From positions 1 to 64,000 of the forward strand of contig CAVUCU010000003.1 in the NCBI GenBank assembly GCA_963740085.1: a DNA stretch of 64,000 nt. The letters are read 5' to 3'. Under the pieces are notes generated by a model. That model was not told the DNA's origin. It did not search any database and saw only the letters and a program-made list of their open reading frames with translations. This DNA comes from Nitrospirota bacterium. GTDB lineage: Bacteria; Nitrospirota; UBA9217. Positions 30,863 to 41,937 of the stretch are shown here, piece after piece (position 1 is the first letter of the stretch; the number at the start of each line of letters is the position of its first letter). The translations under genes were made by a program, and so were the position numbers.

Positions 30863-30918
30863 GAACTATGTATCCCTGAGCAGTGATCTATATCGTTCAA
30901 GGAGGATTGCATTCGCTG

Positions 30919-31722
30919 ATGAAAATCGCCATCTCTGTTTTGACAGCAGTGCTCATCATGACCCTCACCGCAGGTGCCGTGTTCTACCTCAAATCATACA
31001 AACCCATGGCAGAGGATAATGCGCGCATGAAAACTCGAATGCCGGAGCTTGACAAGGCAAAAACCGAGCTTAGGCAGATAAAAGAAAAAGAAAGCAAAGC
31101 GACCGCGTGGCTCAATCCGGAAATCGAGGCCCTGAGAGCAGGACTGAGCAACGAGATCAAATCGGGCAAAGCCGAGGTCCTTGCGGCAGACAACAAGGTC
31201 GTTGTGAACGTTTCTGAACAGGCGCTCTACCTGCCCGGCTCCTATACCTTTTCAAAAGAGAGCCCTCAACTCCGATCGGTCCTCGTTGCCCTGTTGAAGA
31301 GCGACATCCTGAAGGGCAAAGATATTTATATCGGGAACACGACACATGCCGTTCCGGCGCAGGGCAGAGGAAGAAAAAAGATCCCGGCGAAGGACGCAAG
31401 AACGCTCGCCGCGGAGCGATCAACCGCCCTTATCAGGGACTTTGAGAAGAATGGTATAAACCAGAACGCTCTCATCGCCGCTGCATACTCGCCAAAACAG
31501 CCTGTGCTGGGGCAATTGATCAAGGATCGTAAGACCGTCATCATCATCGAAAACCCGCCGACGATCTCTTTGGGCGCAACGAAGCAAGAGGCTGCTTCAC
31601 AAGTCCATGCAAAGCCGGTTCAGGATGCCAGTGGCACCCTGACCGTGCCCGCTCCTCCCCCGGCATCGCAGACGCAGCCAGGACCGATCCCGATACAACC
31701 GTCCCGGCCGAAAGCGCCGTGA
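30919..31722 (+). CDS. Membrane-anchored coiled-coil protein with degenerate OmpA/MotB-like domain and Pro-rich tail
   Basis: TM, VVVNVSEQALYLPGS, IYIGNTT, LAAERS, AAAYSPKQP. Confidence 0.6.
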   Translation: MKIAISVLTAVLIMTLTAGAVFYLKSYKPMAEDNARMKTRMPELDKAKTELRQIKEKESKATAWLNPEIEALRAGLSNEIKSGKAEVLAADNKVVVNVSEQALYLPGSYTFSKESPQLRSVLVALLKSDILKGKDIYIGNTTHAVPAQGRGRKKIPAKDARTLAAERSTALIRDFEKNGINQNALIAAAYSPKQPVLGQLIKDRKTVIIIENPPTISLGATKQEAASQVHAKPVQDASGTLTVPAPPPASQTQPGPIPIQPSRPKAP

Positions 31723-31775
31723 TCCTCTTTTGATCCAGGTGGACCCGACAGCATATGCCGATTTCCGGAGTGACG

Positions 31776-32891
31776 ATGTCCGATATCGATTTAACAGAGA
31801 AAATCGCCCAGCTCGAGCAGGACTTGAATGAATCACGTGCCCACGAGAAATCGCTGAGCGACCTGCTCGAAAAAAAGCTGAACGAAGTATACATCCATTA
31901 TCATATCTCGCGTACGATCGGCTCCCTTTTGGACCTGCGGGAGATGCTGCGGCAGGTGTTCGATATCATCCAAAAATCCCTTCCCTTCGATCGCATAACG
32001 GTCTACCTGCTCGATGAAAAACAGGAAAATCTCGACCTTGTCTTCAACCGCGGACTCGACGTTCATGGCAAGATCGCCCTGCGGATCGGCGAAGGAACAC
32101 CCGGAAGAATCGCGGAGAACGGCGAGCACGTTCATATCCACGACCTTTCGGTGTTCTATGAAACTTTCAATGACTTTGTCCACATTCCGGGTGAGGAAAA
32201 GCTCAATGGATCGTACATTGGTATTGCGCTCAAGGCGCACAATACGACTATCGGCGTCATCGGCATGGACAGTTCGGCCAAGTACGGGCTGAGCGTGGAC
32301 GACATGGATTTCATGGCCATCCTTTCATACCAGCTGGCCGCCGGCATCGAGAAGTCCCTCCTCTTCGATAAAATTCAGCGGCTGTCACAGAAGGACGGGC
32401 TCACCGGCCTCTATAACCACCGGATGTTTGTTGAAAAGCTTGACCAGGAGATCAAGAGAATGCAGAGGACCGGGAAAACGCTCTCGCTCTTGATGCTCGA
32501 TATCGACCACTTCAAACAGTTCAACGACGACTTCGGCCACCAGGTAGGCGATGCCGTGCTGAAAGAGCATGCAATGATCATGCTGGCGCAGAGCAGAAGC
32601 CATAGCATCGATATCTGCTGCCGTTACGGTGGGGATGAATTCGCCATCATCATGCCCGAGTTGGAGCTCCAGAACGCGATCGCCGTAGCCGAACGGCTCA
32701 GAAAAGCGGTGGAACACCATATGTTTCCGATCAATGATAATAAACGGGAAGGCAAAGTTACCATCAGCGTCGGGGTTGCCGCTTTCAAGAGCGGAGAAGA
32801 ACTTACCCCCGAGAAGCTCACGAAAAAATCCGATGATGCGCTTTATGACTCAAAAAGAAACGGGAGAAATCGGGTAAGTTCCAGCCGGTAG
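31776..32891 (+). CDS. GAF-GGDEF diguanylate cyclase
   Basis: DGLTGLYN, DIDHFKQFNDDFGHQVGD, RYGGDEF intact. Confidence 0.95.
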   Translation: MSDIDLTEKIAQLEQDLNESRAHEKSLSDLLEKKLNEVYIHYHISRTIGSLLDLREMLRQVFDIIQKSLPFDRITVYLLDEKQENLDLVFNRGLDVHGKIALRIGEGTPGRIAENGEHVHIHDLSVFYETFNDFVHIPGEEKLNGSYIGIALKAHNTTIGVIGMDSSAKYGLSVDDMDFMAILSYQLAAGIEKSLLFDKIQRLSQKDGLTGLYNHRMFVEKLDQEIKRMQRTGKTLSLLMLDIDHFKQFNDDFGHQVGDAVLKEHAMIMLAQSRSHSIDICCRYGGDEFAIIMPELELQNAIAVAERLRKAVEHHMFPINDNKREGKVTISVGVAAFKSGEELTPEKLTKKSDDALYDSKRNGRNRVSSSR

Positions 32892-33066
32892 GGAATAAAA
32901 GTATCTTTTCGCAAAGAAAGAATGGAGCTAAATTTCGGCACAAAGCTCTCTGACGCAAAGAAAAAAGAAGCATGGGTATATGCGCAGCAATGGATTGACG
33001 CGGGCAGGATTCCCGCGCAACAGGACATCATCTCCAGGATCATTGTGACAGAACCCGACCTCACCG

Positions 33067-33849
33067 TTACCGACCCAACCTCTTTTTCAGATGTTCCATA
33101 AATCCAGCCGCCCGCTGCCGGGCCGCGCTGTCCTTTTCCATATTCATATACGTACGAGCATACTGCATCGCCATGTCGTACTTTCCCGCCTGATCCAGGG
33201 CCAGGGCCGCGTTCCAGTATCGAGGCGCGACTTCCGGCTGCTGTTCGATCGCCTTTAAAAAATACTGGGCCGCTTTTTCATACTCTTTTTTCATCATCAT
33301 AACCTGTCCCATGGTATTGAGCGCCTGAGGCATATTGGGGTCCGAGGAAAGCGCCGTCTGAGCAACCGAGACGGCCTGTTCATATCGCCCTGTCTGCAGC
33401 AGCGCGATCGACAAATTGTTCAGGAGGCTGGCGTCATTGGGCGCGTGGCGCAATCCCGTCTGCCAGGCGGAAATGGCGTCATCCATGCGATTCATCCTGA
33501 AATAGACCACCCCGATCTCTCGGTACAGATCGCGCAAGGGAACGCTGCCGTCGTCCTTCAAGGCAAGAACGGTATTGAATTCCTGAAGCGCCTCTTGAAG
33601 ACGGCCCACCGTGGAGAGCGCCTGGCCGTAATTTTCATGGGCACGGCGCTTGTTCGGAGAGGTTTTTGTAATGTTCCCCCAGAGGGTTATAAAATCATGA
33701 TAGATGCTGTTTCTCTGATACGCGGTCGCTGCAAGGGCGCAGATAATGACAATGGAGAGCGCCAGCATTGTGATCGAGAGGCCGGCTGGTTCTTCAATTA
33801 CTGCCGTTCTTGACGGATTTATTGTTTTATCCCTTTTCGTTCTCTTCAT
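33067..33849 (-). CDS. Membrane-anchored TPR protein
   Basis: TM, QRNSIY..TLW, several TPR helices. Confidence 0.85.
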   Translation of the reverse strand: MKRTKRDKTINPSRTAVIEEPAGLSITMLALSIVIICALAATAYQRNSIYHDFITLWGNITKTSPNKRRAHENYGQALSTVGRLQEALQEFNTVLALKDDGSVPLRDLYREIGVVYFRMNRMDDAISAWQTGLRHAPNDASLLNNLSIALLQTGRYEQAVSVAQTALSSDPNMPQALNTMGQVMMMKKEYEKAAQYFLKAIEQQPEVAPRYWNAALALDQAGKYDMAMQYARTYMNMEKDSAARQRAAGFMEHLKKRLGR

Positions 33850-33983
33850 GGCACTATACTAGTATCCTCTCATCTTCGATGTCAAGAAAAATGGTAACTG
33901 TTCACGCATAGAGACAGACGGCTGAAGTAGAGATGCTTGAGGTTCTCTGAAACCTTCTCCCTCCAAGCTGTAGTTATAATGGA

Positions 33984-35099
33984 TCAATGTCTTTTATGAA
34001 CTCCTCCGGGTCCATCCGGGTACTCGTTCATCCGTTCCACGACCGCTCCCGGATAATAGTGCGACAGGATCGATTTGAAGTCATGGCCTTGCTCTGCCAT
34101 TTCCTTCGCGCCCCACTGACAGAGCCCCACACCGTGTCCCCTGCCCCTGCCCGAAAATACCGCCTCCCCCTCAGACAGCTCCAGCTCAAAAAAAACGCTC
34201 GGAATCTCCGTGTTGCCGAGGGCCGCCCGAAGGGTCTCGGCCGGAACAGTTGTTGTGCCGCTCGCCGAGATAATGGTGACATCCTTGACCCTTCCTGCCG
34301 GAGTGATGCCGGCTATGCTCATGTTCGAAATATGGTCAATGCGATATCCCTGACGCCTCAGCGCATCGGAAACATGGGACACGCTCACCCGCTTTTCCCA
34401 AAGCCCATCCTTGATGATACCCTGACACTCGCAGTCAACCCCCTTGAGATAGGGCGCATCAATGCCCCACATCAGAGAGGCATTCTCGGTGTGCCCTCCG
34501 CAGTTGGCGTGATAGAAGGCCGGGATCACCTTCCCCTGATAGGTAAGAATAAGCCCCTTGGTCTCCGTTACAGCCCGCACCGAGTTTACCTGCTCGCCAT
34601 TAACCCCGTTGTATACCTGGCTCGTGACCGTAGCGAGAATATGGTATGGCCTTTTCCCCGCCGTTCGTTTTTCGTAGAGCGCGTAGGTCCGCGATGCCAC
34701 CGCCTGGGCCTTCAGCGCTTCGAGCTCCCAATCGGGCGGGACCTCAGCCGCGATCACTCCCCTGAGATACTCCTCAAGGTCAAGATCGTTGACTACCAGG
34801 AGAAGCCCGCTCTTTTTCTTTCTGAGTTCCACCCAGCCCCGGTAACGCCTCCCGTTCACCCGCGTGATCCCGTCAGTTGACCTGACCCGCACCGGCTTTC
34901 CTCCGACCGACCCGGGTGTGAAGCGCAGTAACTTCTCATGGGTATCCGACGGTGCCCCTGCGATGAGCAGGCCTGTCGAGGATTTGAGCGAAACGGTCCT
35001 TTGGTTGTCGGCAATTGCGACACGGATATTTTCTGAGCCGGAAGCGGGCAGCGTGGATATCACGATGACCGCGATACCGAACAGGATGGAATATTTCAC
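33984..35099 (-). CDS. SpoIID/LytB domain peptidoglycan lytic transglycosylase
   Basis: LEEYLRGVIAAE, EALKAQAVASRTYA, GRGHGVGLCQWGA, ILSHYYPG. Confidence 0.93.
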   Translation of the reverse strand: MKYSILFGIAVIVISTLPASGSENIRVAIADNQRTVSLKSSTGLLIAGAPSDTHEKLLRFTPGSVGGKPVRVRSTDGITRVNGRRYRGWVELRKKKSGLLLVVNDLDLEEYLRGVIAAEVPPDWELEALKAQAVASRTYALYEKRTAGKRPYHILATVTSQVYNGVNGEQVNSVRAVTETKGLILTYQGKVIPAFYHANCGGHTENASLMWGIDAPYLKGVDCECQGIIKDGLWEKRVSVSHVSDALRRQGYRIDHISNMSIAGITPAGRVKDVTIISASGTTTVPAETLRAALGNTEIPSVFFELELSEGEAVFSGRGRGHGVGLCQWGAKEMAEQGHDFKSILSHYYPGAVVERMNEYPDGPGGVHKRH

Positions 35100-35190
35100 C
35101 TGAAAATGTCTCTCACATTATCTCCTCCCCATCGACGGGGGTGTATTGTCAAGATTTATCCATACGCCGTATTCCCTGAGAACTGAAGGT

Positions 35191-35724
35191 TCACGGGCGT
35201 TTTTGGTATCTTTCTTTTTCGCTGTAGATACAACCGCAGTATTGCTGCCGGTAGAGTCCCATGGCCCTGGACTCCACTATCCCCTCCCGCCAGCCTTTGC
35301 GGAAGTCCTCATAATAGAACTCGACGCCGTGTTCCGATGCCATCTCTTGGGCAATTCCTTTGATCAGGTCATGCTTTTGATACTTGCTGTAAAGAAGCGA
35401 CGTGGTGAACACCCCAACCCTCTTCTCCCGGGCGGCAACGGCCGCGGCATCCAGTCTCATCCGGTAGCAATGCTCACACCTCTGGGCGCCTTTGCCCGCG
35501 ATGCGGAGAAGGAAAGAATCGAGGTCGTAGCCGTCCCGGTAATGAACGGTGACACCCACGCGCGAGGAGAATTCCCTGACCGTATCAAGTCTTTTTTTGT
35601 ATTCCAGATAGGGATGGATGTTCGGATTATAAAAATATCCTGTGGGATTGAATCCTTCTTCCTTCAGCCTGAAATAGGGATAGAGTGCGCAGGGTGCGCA
35701 GCAGATATGGAGGAATATGTTCAT
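35191..35724 (-). CDS. queH: Epoxyqueuosine reductase QueH (DUF208)
   Basis: LHICCAPC, YNPNIHP, RCEHC, YRQQYCGCIYS. Confidence 0.93.
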   Translation of the reverse strand: MNIFLHICCAPCALYPYFRLKEEGFNPTGYFYNPNIHPYLEYKKRLDTVREFSSRVGVTVHYRDGYDLDSFLLRIAGKGAQRCEHCYRMRLDAAAVAAREKRVGVFTTSLLYSKYQKHDLIKGIAQEMASEHGVEFYYEDFRKGWREGIVESRAMGLYRQQYCGCIYSEKERYQKRP

Positions 35725-35835
35725 TGATTCAGACTCCCCGTACACTGATAACAATAGAGAAGGCGAACAGAAAAAAACAAAACAGAGTCATTTCCCATAC
35801 GACTCTTGTCGATCATTTATTCTCCGCCCGTCTCT

Positions 35836-36855
35836 CTACAACAACCGTTCCTGATTGGATGCGGGCTTTTTCCTGCCAAAATATTCATAGGCATGGCGCG
35901 TTGCCTGTCTGCCCCGGGGAGTACGGTCGAGAAAGCCTTCCTGTATCAGAAAAGGCTCGTACACATCCTCCAGCGTGTCTTTTTCTTCGCTCAGCGCTGC
36001 TGCAAGGGTATCGAGGCCTACCGGTCCTCCTTCGAACTTCTCGATGATCGTCAGGAGAAGCCTCCGGTCCATATGATCAAGCCCTTTTTCATCCACTTGA
36101 AGCCGGGTCATGGAGCTCTCGACCAGTTCCTTCGTGATCCCTCCGTCACCCTCCACCTGTGCGAAATCCCTCACCCTCCGAAGCAGGCGATTGACGATCC
36201 GCGGCGTACCCCGGGAGCGGCGCGCTATCTCGGAGGCCGCCGCAGCATCGATCTTCGTTCGCATGAGGCCCGCCGAACGCTGGACAATGGTCGTCAGCTC
36301 GTCGGGAGAATAGAAGGCGAGCCGGTCGATAACCCCGAATCGGTCCCTGAGCGGTGACGTCAGGAGACCGGTCCTCGTGGTCGCCCCCACAAGCGTAAAG
36401 TTCGGCAAATCGAGCTTGATGGAACGCGCCCCGGGTCCCTGGCCGATGATGATGTCGAGTTGAAAATCCTCCATTGCAGGATACAGGATTTCTTCGACCA
36501 CCCGGTTCAGCCGGTGTATCTCGTCGATGAAAAGGACATCCCGCTCCTGGAGATTCGTCAGGATCGCGGCCAGGTCGCCGGCTCGTTCGAGCACCGGGCC
36601 GGAGGTGGACCTGATGTTCACGCCCAACTCATGTGCGATAATGTTCGCGAGCGTGGTCTTGCCGAGCCCCGGGGGTCCGCAGAACAGCACGTGATCGAGC
36701 GCCTCACCCCTGCCCTTGGCCGCATCGATAAATACCCGCAGGTTCTCCTTGATCCTGTCCTGGCCCACAAAATCCTCGAAGCGGACCGGTCTCAGGCTCC
36801 TGTCGAGCTGCACATCGTCGTCGTTCTGTTCGGGTTCTATGATCCGTTCGGGCAA
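35836..36855 (-). CDS. ruvB: Holliday junction helicase RuvB
   Basis: [29 protein letters not shown]. Confidence 0.98.
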   Translation of the reverse strand: MPERIIEPEQNDDDVQLDRSLRPVRFEDFVGQDRIKENLRVFIDAAKGRGEALDHVLFCGPPGLGKTTLANIIAHELGVNIRSTSGPVLERAGDLAAILTNLQERDVLFIDEIHRLNRVVEEILYPAMEDFQLDIIIGQGPGARSIKLDLPNFTLVGATTRTGLLTSPLRDRFGVIDRLAFYSPDELTTIVQRSAGLMRTKIDAAAASEIARRSRGTPRIVNRLLRRVRDFAQVEGDGGITKELVESSMTRLQVDEKGLDHMDRRLLLTIIEKFEGGPVGLDTLAAALSEEKDTLEDVYEPFLIQEGFLDRTPRGRQATRHAYEYFGRKKPASNQERLL

Positions 36856-36893
36856 TGTTGACCTCAGACTACTAAGTTATCTGTTTTCCGCCA

Positions 36894-37496
36894 CTATCGT
36901 ATCTGCAATCGGGACAGGGCTTCCCGGATCAGTTCTTCGACGGTAATGCCCGGACGGCCATGTCCGATCTTTTTGACCGCTTCTTCAGCTTGGGGTTTCT
37001 TATATCCCAGGTTCATCAGCGCCGATATCACGTCTTTGACATCATCAGACACGATATCCGCCTCCGGCAAAGGAGCCGGAATCATCGGCATGATCAACTT
37101 CATCTTGTCTTTCAGTTCAAGGACCATACGCGCCGCGGTCTTTTTCCCGATGCCGGGGACCGTGCTGAGCAGGGAATCATCGGAGGACTGAATAGCGCGC
37201 GAAAGGTCCCGGACAGAGAGGCTGGAAAGGATCACAAGCGCAAGTTTGGGACCGATGCCGGACACGCCCAGGAGGAGCAAGAACATGTCCTTCTCCACCT
37301 CGGTAAAAAAACCGAACAGGGAAAGCGAGTCTTCACGCAGATGGGTATGAATATGGAGGCTGACGTCCTCTCCTTCATCAGGGATGCCGGAATACGTCGA
37401 GAGCGGCACAAAGACCTGATAGCCGACACCGGAGACATCGATGATCAAATAGTCGGCGGCCTTGTGCCTGAGCCTTCCTGAAAGCCATGCGATCAT
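36894..37496 (-). CDS. ruvA: RuvA
   Basis: VSGVGY, VSGIGPKLAL, VPGIGKKTAARMVLELKDK, ALMNLGY. Confidence 0.97.
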   Translation of the reverse strand: MIAWLSGRLRHKAADYLIIDVSGVGYQVFVPLSTYSGIPDEGEDVSLHIHTHLREDSLSLFGFFTEVEKDMFLLLLGVSGIGPKLALVILSSLSVRDLSRAIQSSDDSLLSTVPGIGKKTAARMVLELKDKMKLIMPMIPAPLPEADIVSDDVKDVISALMNLGYKKPQAEEAVKKIGHGRPGITVEELIREALSRLQIR

Positions 37497-37500
37497 GCTA

Positions 37501-38064
37501 TCAGACCTGCGTCCTGCGGGTACCGGCATTCCTGAAGCCACTCACACTCCTCACCGGCTGCCGCAGGGAAGACGAGTTTTTGAGGATTTCCCTGAGCCTC
37601 GAAGCGTGGATATGACAGATCGCGGCGGCAAGCGCGTCGGCTGCGTCGGCGGGATGGGGAACCTTGGGGAGATCGAGCAGGGTCTTGACCATAATCTGCA
37701 CCTGTTTTTTTTCGGCTTTCCCGTTTCCCACCACTGCCTGCTTGACCTCGAGCGGGGCGTATTCGAACACCGGCAATCCGGCATTCATGGCCGCGAGAAT
37801 CGCGACACCTCGCGCGTGCCCGAGCTTGAGCGCGGATTTGATATTCTTTGAGACGAACAGGTCCTCAACCACGACCATCTGCGGCCGGTACTTGTCAATG
37901 ATCTTCTCAAGCTCTTCATAGATCTTTTTGAGCCGCTGGGGAAAAGGCTGTTTTGCCGAAGGGCTGATGCCTCCCGAAACCACGTGGAACAACTTATGGT
38001 CCTCTTCCATTACGATCCCGTAACCGGTCGTCAACGTCCCCGGATCGATCCCCAGCACCCTCAT
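37501..38064 (-). CDS. ruvC: Resolvase RuvC
   Basis: LGIDPG, KLGHARG, DAADALAAAICH. Confidence 0.97.
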   Translation of the reverse strand: MRVLGIDPGTLTTGYGIVMEEDHKLFHVVSGGISPSAKQPFPQRLKKIYEELEKIIDKYRPQMVVVEDLFVSKNIKSALKLGHARGVAILAAMNAGLPVFEYAPLEVKQAVVGNGKAEKKQVQIMVKTLLDLPKVPHPADAADALAAAICHIHASRLREILKNSSSLRQPVRSVSGFRNAGTRRTQV

Positions 38065-38151
38065 ACGCTCTCCCCCTGCTAGTGATTAATAAAACTGACC
38101 GCGCGAGATCGGGGAATTGTCCGGATCTCTCAGTTTCTCAATCACGATTCT

Positions 38152-38895
38152 CTAGTTCGCGTTCAATATCTCTTCCGGTATGTCAAAGTTGGCATACACA
38201 TTCTGGACGTCGTCATTATCCTCAAGCGTCTCGACCAGCCGCAGCATTTGCTGGGCTTCCTTGCCGTCAAGCTTCACGTAGGTCTGCGGGATCATGGTGA
38301 TCTCGGCAAGTTCCGGGGAAACGCCTGCATCTTCTAGCGCCTTCCGCACCTTTTCGAAATCATTTGGAGCCGTCGTGACCACGAAATTATCGTCTTCAGG
38401 CTGCATGTCCTCGGCCCCTGCGTCGAGGGCAAGCGTCATAAGCTTGTCCTCGTCGACCTTGGCGCGGCTTACCACAAGATACCCCTTCTTGTGGAACATC
38501 CAGGAGACACAGCCTGCCTCGCCCATATTTCCGCCGGCCTTGCTGAAGATATTGCGGATCTCGGAAACGGTCCTGTTCCGGTTGTCGGTCATGGACTCGA
38601 CAATGACCGCCACGCCGCCCGGTCCGTATCCCTCGTAGATTATCTCTTCGTACGAGACCCCCGGGAGTTCACCCGTGCCTTTCTGGATCGCGCGCTTGAT
38701 ATTCTCGGCCGGCAGGCTGATCGCTTTCGCCTTGGCCACCGCGGTCCTGAGACGCGGGTTCCCGTTGGGATCGCCGCCGCCCAGTCTGGCAGCCACGGTG
38801 ATCTCTTTCCCGATCTTCGTAAAGCTCTTTCCGCGCTTTGCATCGGTCGCGGCTTTCTTGTGCTTCGTTGTCGCCCACTTTGAATGACCTGACAT
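38152..38895 (-). CDS. yebC: YebC/PmpR family protein
   Basis: [37 protein letters not shown]. Confidence 0.97.
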   Translation of the reverse strand: MSGHSKWATTKHKKAATDAKRGKSFTKIGKEITVAARLGGGDPNGNPRLRTAVAKAKAISLPAENIKRAIQKGTGELPGVSYEEIIYEGYGPGGVAVIVESMTDNRNRTVSEIRNIFSKAGGNMGEAGCVSWMFHKKGYLVVSRAKVDEDKLMTLALDAGAEDMQPEDDNFVVTTAPNDFEKVRKALEDAGVSPELAEITMIPQTYVKLDGKEAQQMLRLVETLEDNDDVQNVYANFDIPEEILNAN

Positions 38896-38918
38896 GAAAC
38901 CTCCGTGCCCAATAAATT

Positions 38919-39000
38919 ATTGAAAGTTGAAGATTGGAAATTGGAGATTTTAAATTTTATTCAATTTTCACTTTTCAATTTCCAATTTAAAATTTTCAAT
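38919..39000. repeat. Heptad-periodic inverted repeat (TTGGAAA)n...(TTTCAAT)n
   Basis: ATTGAAAGTTGAAGATTGGAAATTGGAGA ... TTTTCAATTTCCAATTTAAAATTTTCAAT; arms about 39 bp. Confidence 0.85.
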
Positions 39001-39021
39001 TCGTCGCAATGTGACGTTCCG

Positions 39022-40023
39022 CTACTCGTTCTCCATCTCTTCCTTGAGTTTCGTGAAGATCATCCGTCCCGCCGCTGTCTGGAGCACGCTCGTGACCGCC
39101 ACATCCACGTTCTTGTTGATGTGCTTGCGGCCGTTCTCGACCACGATCATCGTGCCGTCGTCAAGATAGGCCACTCCCTGGCCCAGTTCCTTGCCCTCTT
39201 TGAGAACGAACACCCGCATGCTCTCACCCGGGAGCGCCACGGGCTTCACGGCATTTGACAGGTCGTTGATGTTCAATACCTTGACCCCCTGGAGTTCCGC
39301 GACCTTGTTGAGATTGAAATCGTTCGTGATGACCTTGGCGCCGAGCGACTTGGCCAGGGCGATCAGCTTGCTGTCAACTTCCCGGATCTTGGGGAAGTCC
39401 TCTTCAGTGATCCTGACCTCCATGTGGCTCATCTTCTGGATACGGTGCAGGATGTCGAGTCCGCGTCTTCCCCGGGCCCGCTTCAGGGAATCCGAGGAAT
39501 CGGCAATATGCTGGAGTTCGTGCAGGATGAACTGCGGGATAAGGATGGTGCCGTCGAGGAATTCGGTCTCGCACACATCCGCGATCCTCCCGTCGATTAT
39601 CACGCTCGTGTCCATGATCTTTGTATTCTCTTCCGAACCGCCTTTGAAGAGCTTTTTCAAGTTCGCGGGGTTGAACTTCTCACCCTCCCGGATGCCGATG
39701 ACAATGCCGATGTAGCCGAAGAAACCGTTCATGAGCAAAAGAATGAATTGCACGATGCTGCGATCGAGCGGTACGTACTTGAGGGGAGCGGCGATGATGG
39801 TGGCCGACGTCAGGCCGAGGATAAAGCCGAGAATCCCTCCGACAATGACCTTTAATGCGACTCTTCTGAACAGATATTCTGTAAGAATGATCATGATTGC
39901 AACACCGCCCCCGACAACCATACCCTCGATCTTGCTTACCTGATCGTAAAGCTGAGTGGCCTCGTAGTACCCAAGAAGTGTGCATAACAAAACAAACAAT
40001 ATACGGATAAGGATAAGTCCCAT
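39022..40023 (-). CDS. Membrane PIN/TRAM domain protein (YacL)
   Basis: 4 TMs, [40 protein letters not shown]. Confidence 0.95.
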   Translation of the reverse strand: MGLILIRILFVLLCTLLGYYEATQLYDQVSKIEGMVVGGGVAIMIILTEYLFRRVALKVIVGGILGFILGLTSATIIAAPLKYVPLDRSIVQFILLLMNGFFGYIGIVIGIREGEKFNPANLKKLFKGGSEENTKIMDTSVIIDGRIADVCETEFLDGTILIPQFILHELQHIADSSDSLKRARGRRGLDILHRIQKMSHMEVRITEEDFPKIREVDSKLIALAKSLGAKVITNDFNLNKVAELQGVKVLNINDLSNAVKPVALPGESMRVFVLKEGKELGQGVAYLDDGTMIVVENGRKHINKNVDVAVTSVLQTAAGRMIFTKLKEEMENE

Positions 40024-40097
40024 CGTTTTCACCTCCTTTATAAATGGAAAATAAAATAAAAATGCGGGTTTTGAGGCCCTTGCAACTGATCCCTTCC

Positions 40098-40130
40098 GTC
40101 ATTCCCGCAGCGACCCTGAGCGGGAACGGG
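40098..40130. repeat. GTCATTCCCG-type REP-like element (second copy)
   Basis: GTCATTCCCGC-AGCGACCCTGA-GCGGGAA. Confidence 0.55.
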
Positions 40131-40264
40131 TTCTCGGCGTTTGAAAAACCCCATTGACGGACCTTCGACAGACCCGGGACATTCAGTGATGGTGAACCGT
40201 TTTGCAAGAACCCCGTATAACACGTGTCTGCTGATTGAACAGCGCCATCGTTGAGGAAGCGAGG

Positions 40265-41764
40265 CTATTCCGGACGAATGGTAACGAACAGATCTTGACC
40301 CTTCCTTCGGAGAAGGAGCAGCAGCCTTTCTTTGGCCTTTATCTTCGGGGCTATTTTTTTATACTCTTCCAGGGATTCGATATTTTTCTGATTTATCTGG
40401 AGAATGATATCACCGGGCCTGATCCCGGCCTCAAAAAGCTTGCTGCCGGGTTCGATCTTCACGACAACCACGCCTTTTTCGTTTTCCTCAAAACCAAAGC
40501 GGCGCGCGAGATCAGGCGTGATTTCGTGCACGACAAGCCCGGCAAGCGCGTTGCTCTCTTCATCACTGTTCTCTCCTGACTCGTTTTCCTGTGACGACGA
40601 CTCTGCAAGCTTTTTGGGAAGCTCGGCGATGACCACGTCAACCGTGATCTCCTTTTTATTCCGGAGCAGTTTTACCTTCACGTTCGTGTTGATCGGGGTC
40701 TGGGAAACCATGTTCCGGAGATGGCCCGTATCCTCAACCACCCTGCCGTTGTACTGGAGGATCACGTCGCCCTGCCTGATTCCCGCTTTCTCGGCGGGGC
40801 TGCCCTTCATCACACCGCTCACGAGCGCGCCCTTCAGGTCCTTTACACCGAACTCTTCCGCGAGATCGGAGGTCACCTCCTGGATGCTCACGCCGAGCCA
40901 GCCGCGCACCACCTTCTTATACTTGAGGAGACTGTCCATAACCTGTTTTGCCATGCTGCTCGGGACTGCAAATCCGATCCCCTGGTATCCGCCGGTCCTC
41001 GACAGAATGGCGGTATTGATACCGATCAGCTCTCCGCGGGCGTTGATGAGCGCACCGCCCGAGTTTCCGGGATTAATGGCCGCATCGGTCTGGATGAAAT
41101 CTTCGTAGTCCGCGATGCCCACGTTCGCCCTGCCGACAGCGCTGATCACGCCCATGGTCACGGTCTGGTTCAAACCAAAGGGGTTCCCGATCGCAAATAC
41201 GACCTCTCCCACATTCAGTTTGTTGGAATCTCCCCAGGGAAGCGCTGCAAGCCCCTTGACATCGATCTTGATGACCGCGAGATCGGTCTTCGGATCAGCG
41301 CCGATAAGTTTGGCCTTGTAATCCTTTTTATTGGAAAGCAGGACCTTGATCTCCTGGGCCTTCTCGATCACGTGATTGTTCGTAATGATGTAGCCGTCCT
41401 CGGACACAATGACGCCTGACCCCAGGCTCTGCTCCTTGTATTCCTTCGGCAGGTTGGGATGCGGGACCTGGTCGCCGAAGAACCTCCTGAAGAACGGGTC
41501 CTCGAACAGATCAAGGGGCATCTCTTCGTGGGACTTGATCATCCTCGTCGTGGAGATATTCACTACGGAAGGTGTTGCCACTGCAGCAACCTCGGATTGG
41601 GCCTCGGAGAGTTGTGTCAGGATCTCAACGGACTTCGACGATATCTGACTCCTGGCCGGAAGTTGATTCGTGATCTGGAGACGTGAAGACAGCAGCAGAC
41701 CGACAAACACACCGAGCACGAGAATGAACAAGAGTGACACGGTGAATCTTTTCTTATTGATCAT
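40265..41764 (-). CDS. DegP/DegQ (HtrA) serine protease with 2 PDZ domains
   Basis: SLGSGVI, TNNHV, QTDAAINPGNSGG, VVRGWLGV. Confidence 0.96.
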   Translation of the reverse strand: MINKKRFTVSLLFILVLGVFVGLLLSSRLQITNQLPARSQISSKSVEILTQLSEAQSEVAAVATPSVVNISTTRMIKSHEEMPLDLFEDPFFRRFFGDQVPHPNLPKEYKEQSLGSGVIVSEDGYIITNNHVIEKAQEIKVLLSNKKDYKAKLIGADPKTDLAVIKIDVKGLAALPWGDSNKLNVGEVVFAIGNPFGLNQTVTMGVISAVGRANVGIADYEDFIQTDAAINPGNSGGALINARGELIGINTAILSRTGGYQGIGFAVPSSMAKQVMDSLLKYKKVVRGWLGVSIQEVTSDLAEEFGVKDLKGALVSGVMKGSPAEKAGIRQGDVILQYNGRVVEDTGHLRNMVSQTPINTNVKVKLLRNKKEITVDVVIAELPKKLAESSSQENESGENSDEESNALAGLVVHEITPDLARRFGFEENEKGVVVVKIEPGSKLFEAGIRPGDIILQINQKNIESLEEYKKIAPKIKAKERLLLLLRRKGQDLFVTIRPE

Positions 41765-41872
41765 GGGTTTGAATAACCTCCGGATGGCAATCCTGCAAAG
41801 GGGTGAGCCCTTATGAACCAGCGACGCCTATTCTACCAGAAAGATACGAATCTTTTCAAGCCCTTTTTATTA

Positions 41873-41916
41873 TTGACAAAAAACCTGTTGACCTATAATA
41901 TTATTTATTGACCTAT
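41873..41916 (+). promoter_or_regulatory. sigma70 promoter of bioA with an overlapping repeated operator-like motif
   Basis: TTGACA (41873), TAATAT at 17 nt; TTGACCTAT twice (41888, 41908). Confidence 0.55.
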
Positions 41917-41937
41917 TCGTGAAAGAAGGGACTTTTT

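Noticed and set aside
32900-33060. c-di-GMP-I riboswitch (GACGCAAAG) after the GGDEF gene
   Set aside because: Lacks the GGCAAA/GNRA P2 stem and receptor, and lies between convergent genes
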